A stretch of 32,000 bases of DNA from Dyella lutea. Its GTDB lineage: Bacteria; Pseudomonadota; Gammaproteobacteria; Xanthomonadales; Rhodanobacteraceae. Shown piece after piece: positions 29,935 to 32,000 of this stretch; the stretch's first letter is position 1; each line of letters starts with the position of its first letter. Made by a program: the position numbers and the translations under genes. The notes beneath the pieces were generated by a model. That model searched no databases. It was not told the origin of the DNA and worked only from the letters and a program-made list of their open reading frames with translations. The stretch is from contig NZ_JAMZEK010000001.1 of NCBI RefSeq assembly GCF_024158035.1, forward strand, positions 781,416-813,415, read 5' to 3'.

Positions 29935-31262
29935 GGGTGGTGCTCCGTGGGGTCGGGGGTGGAAGAGCCGTTAGCCGGTACCGCCAGCGCGGCCGCGTGA
30001 GCAGCATGGGCCGGGTCTGGGCCCGCCGGCGTGCCCGCCGACGCCAGCCCGCGGGTGGCCCGCATCGCGGTGAACAGTGCGACGGCCAGCAGCGCGGCTG
30101 CCAGCAGGAACGCCGAACCGGGTACGTGCACGGCGTTGCCCGGCGCGATCGACCAGGCGAATACCTGGGCGAACAGGTACGGGCCGAAGATGCCGGCGAA
30201 GCTGCCCAGCGAGGTGTTGGCACCCTGCAGCCGGCCCTGCTCGGTCGCTTCGACCTGATGGGTCATGATCGACTGCAGCGGCGGGTTGGACAGCCCCCAC
30301 AGCGCCATCAGCGGGATGCCCAGCAGGAACACCCCGCCGGTGCTTGCCAGTCCCATCAGCACGAACGAGGCGATGCCACACACCATGCCGAACAGCAGCA
30401 CCGGTCGTTCGCCGAAGCGCGGCGTCAGCCGGCGGGTCAGCAGCGCCTGCACCAAGCCGTCGCAGGCACCGACCAGCATCAGCACCAGGCCGACTGCCTG
30501 CGGGCCCCAGTGGTAACGGTAATCGCCGTACAGCACGAAGGTGATCTGCAGTGCGTAGTGGGCGAGAAACACCAGGAAGCTCGCGGCGCCCAGGCCCAGC
30601 AGGGTCGGCGTGCGGCGCAGCAGCTTCAGTGCCCCGATCGGGTGCGCGCTGTGCATCTCGAAGCGCGGCGCGCGGCGATCCCTCGGTAGCGACTCGGGCA
30701 GCACGAACAGGCCGTAGAGGAAATTGCACAGCGCCAGCGTCCCGGCCACATAGAACGGCAGCCGCAGGTGCATCGCGCCGAGCCAGCCGCCGAGGCCGGG
30801 GCCGAGCACGAAGCCTACGCCGAACGCGGCGCCGAGCAGGCCGTAGGCCCCGGCGCGCTTCTCCTTCGGCGTGATGTCGGCGATGTAGGCGTTGGCGGTG
30901 CTGAAGCTGGCCGCAGTCATGCCCATCACGGTGCGGCCGACGAACAGCAGCCACAGCGTGGGCGCCATCGCCATCACGAAGAAGTCGATCGCCAGCCCGA
31001 AGTTGGAGATCAGGATCACCGGCCGCCGGCCGAAGCGGTCCGACAGCGCGCCCTGGATCGGCGAGAAGATGAACTGGGTGATCGCGAACACCGTGCTCAG
31101 CACGCCGACCCACCAGGCGGCGCGGGCGGTGCCGCCGCCGATCAGCTGCTCCACCAGGTGCGGCAGCACCGGGATGATGATGCCGAAAGCCAGCATGTCC
31201 AGCAGCACCGTCACGAAGATGAAGGCGAGCGCGGCGCGGCGCGGGGTGGAAGCGGTATCCAA
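29931..31262 (-). CDS. MFS transporter, TCR/Tet-type drug:H+ antiporter family
   Basis: The N-terminus is AALAFIFVTVLLDMLAFGIIIPVLPHL and MFS motif A is GALSDRFGRRPVILIS, within a 12-TM-like profile. The only start codon upstream of TM1 and downstream of the preceding gene is in-frame TTG 31262, which has a weak SD. The track ORF extends spuriously to 31655. Confidence 0.85.
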   Translation of the reverse strand: MDTASTPRRAALAFIFVTVLLDMLAFGIIIPVLPHLVEQLIGGGTARAAWWVGVLSTVFAITQFIFSPIQGALSDRFGRRPVILISNFGLAIDFFVMAMAPTLWLLFVGRTVMGMTAASFSTANAYIADITPKEKRAGAYGLLGAAFGVGFVLGPGLGGWLGAMHLRLPFYVAGTLALCNFLYGLFVLPESLPRDRRAPRFEMHSAHPIGALKLLRRTPTLLGLGAASFLVFLAHYALQITFVLYGDYRYHWGPQAVGLVLMLVGACDGLVQALLTRRLTPRFGERPVLLFGMVCGIASFVLMGLASTGGVFLLGIPLMALWGLSNPPLQSIMTHQVEATEQGRLQGANTSLGSFAGIFGPYLFAQVFAWSIAPGNAVHVPGSAFLLAAALLAVALFTAMRATRGLASAGTPAGPDPAHAAHAAALAVPANGSSTPDPTEHHP

Positions 31263-31330
31263 GGTGTCCGGACAGTCTGGGCGAAGCGCGCACGATAGCC
31301 CAGCGTCGGGTGCGCGGGCAGTGCCGGGGT

Positions 31331-31672
31331 TCAGGGTCCGGGCGGAGCGGTCAGTTCGCGGGCGTCGAGCAAACCGTCGTGGTTGCGGTCGAGCCGGCGG
31401 AACTGGCGGCGCAGGTCGGCCTCGTGCCGGGCGAGGGTCACGGCACGACCGCGGCCGCCCGGCAGTTCCGACGGCTCCAGCGTGCCGTCGTGGTTGGTGT
31501 CCATGGCGACGAAGCCGCGGTCCAGGTAGCCGACGTACTCGGCCTCGCTGACCCGGCCGTCGCCGTTGCGGTCGAACATCGCCAGGTAGGCGCTGCGCGA
31601 TGCCTGCGCCGATGCATCCGCCGCGGCCAGGCCGGCCACGGCAATGGCGAGGCATGCGGCGCGGCGCAGCAT
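31331..31672 (-). CDS. Secreted EF-hand calcium-binding protein (three EF loops)
   Basis: The signal peptide is MLRRAACLAIAVAGLAAADASAQA. There are three canonical 12-residue EF loops: DRNGDGRVSEAE, DTNHDGTLEPSE and DRNHDGLLDARE. ATG 31672 lies 2 nt after the folE stop. Confidence 0.75.
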   Translation of the reverse strand: MLRRAACLAIAVAGLAAADASAQASRSAYLAMFDRNGDGRVSEAEYVGYLDRGFVAMDTNHDGTLEPSELPGGRGRAVTLARHEADLRRQFRRLDRNHDGLLDARELTAPPGP

Positions 31673-31674
31673 CC

Positions 31675-32000
31675 TCAGCAGGTGCGCTGGATGCAGAGGA
31701 ACTGCAGGATCTCGGCGCGCGTGCGCGGATCCTCGCGGAACACCCCGAGCATCTGGCTGGTGACCATCGACACGCCGCGCTTGTGCACGCCGCGGGTGGT
31801 CATGCACTCGTGGCTGGCCTCGATCACCACCGCCACGCCACGCGGCTGCAGTGTCTCGTTGATGCACTGGGCGATCTGCGCGGTCATCTTTTCCTGCACC
31901 TGGAAGCGGCGCGCGTAGCCGTCCACCACGCGGGCCAGCTTGCTGATGCCCACCACGCGGTTGGTCGGCAGGTAGCCGACGTGCGCGCGGCCGATGATCG
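31675..32000 (-). CDS. folE: GTP cyclohydrolase I FolE, C-terminal part; the 5' end lies outside the window
   Basis: The frame is open to the window edge. The translation is ...[43 protein letters not shown]...[25 protein letters not shown], which contains the conserved FolE core (H.CM..RGV). Confidence 0.9.
   Translation of the reverse strand, partial: IIGRAHVGYLPTNRVVGISKLARVVDGYARRFQVQEKMTAQIAQCINETLQPRGVAVVIEASHECMTTRGVHKRGVSMVTSQMLGVFREDPRTRAEILQFLCIQRTC

Overview
This is a GC-rich bacterial chromosomal window. The protein sequences look gammaproteobacterial, of Xanthomonadales/Lysobacterales type, but that is my impression only and is not verified. Most of the window is core housekeeping: tatABC, envC-ctpA, gltBD, ligB, ychJ, dinG and folE. 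It also carries a GAF-GAF-GGDEF-EAL signalling protein, an MFS exporter and several conserved genes of unknown function (SYLF/DUF500, DUF985 cupin, NRDE/TANGO2-like, NnrU, HutD, DUF1993, COG2509-type flavoprotein, DsbA/FrnE-like). I saw no rRNA, tRNA, CRISPR array, transposase or integrase, and no recognisable defence, secretion or biosynthetic cluster. I cannot point to a clear-cut novel multi-gene system. Three places are the most unusual. (1) At 14.3-16.2 kb, a tandem-domain methylglyoxal-synthase-like gene is joined to an NRDE gene by a 37-bp purine/pyrimidine-asymmetric inverted repeat around a 132-nt spacer. The repeat spans exactly from the first gene's stop codon to the second gene's start codon. 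(2) At 28.3-29.4 kb there is an orphan stretch with two small unrecognisable ORFs, 341 nt of non-coding sequence, a sigma-54-like -24/-12 element and a repeated G-run motif. (3) At 12.8-14.2 kb there is a secreted protein with ChaN/Tiki/erythromycin-esterase-like motifs. Many long ORFs in the supplied track are antisense or off-frame artefacts of high GC and are not called.
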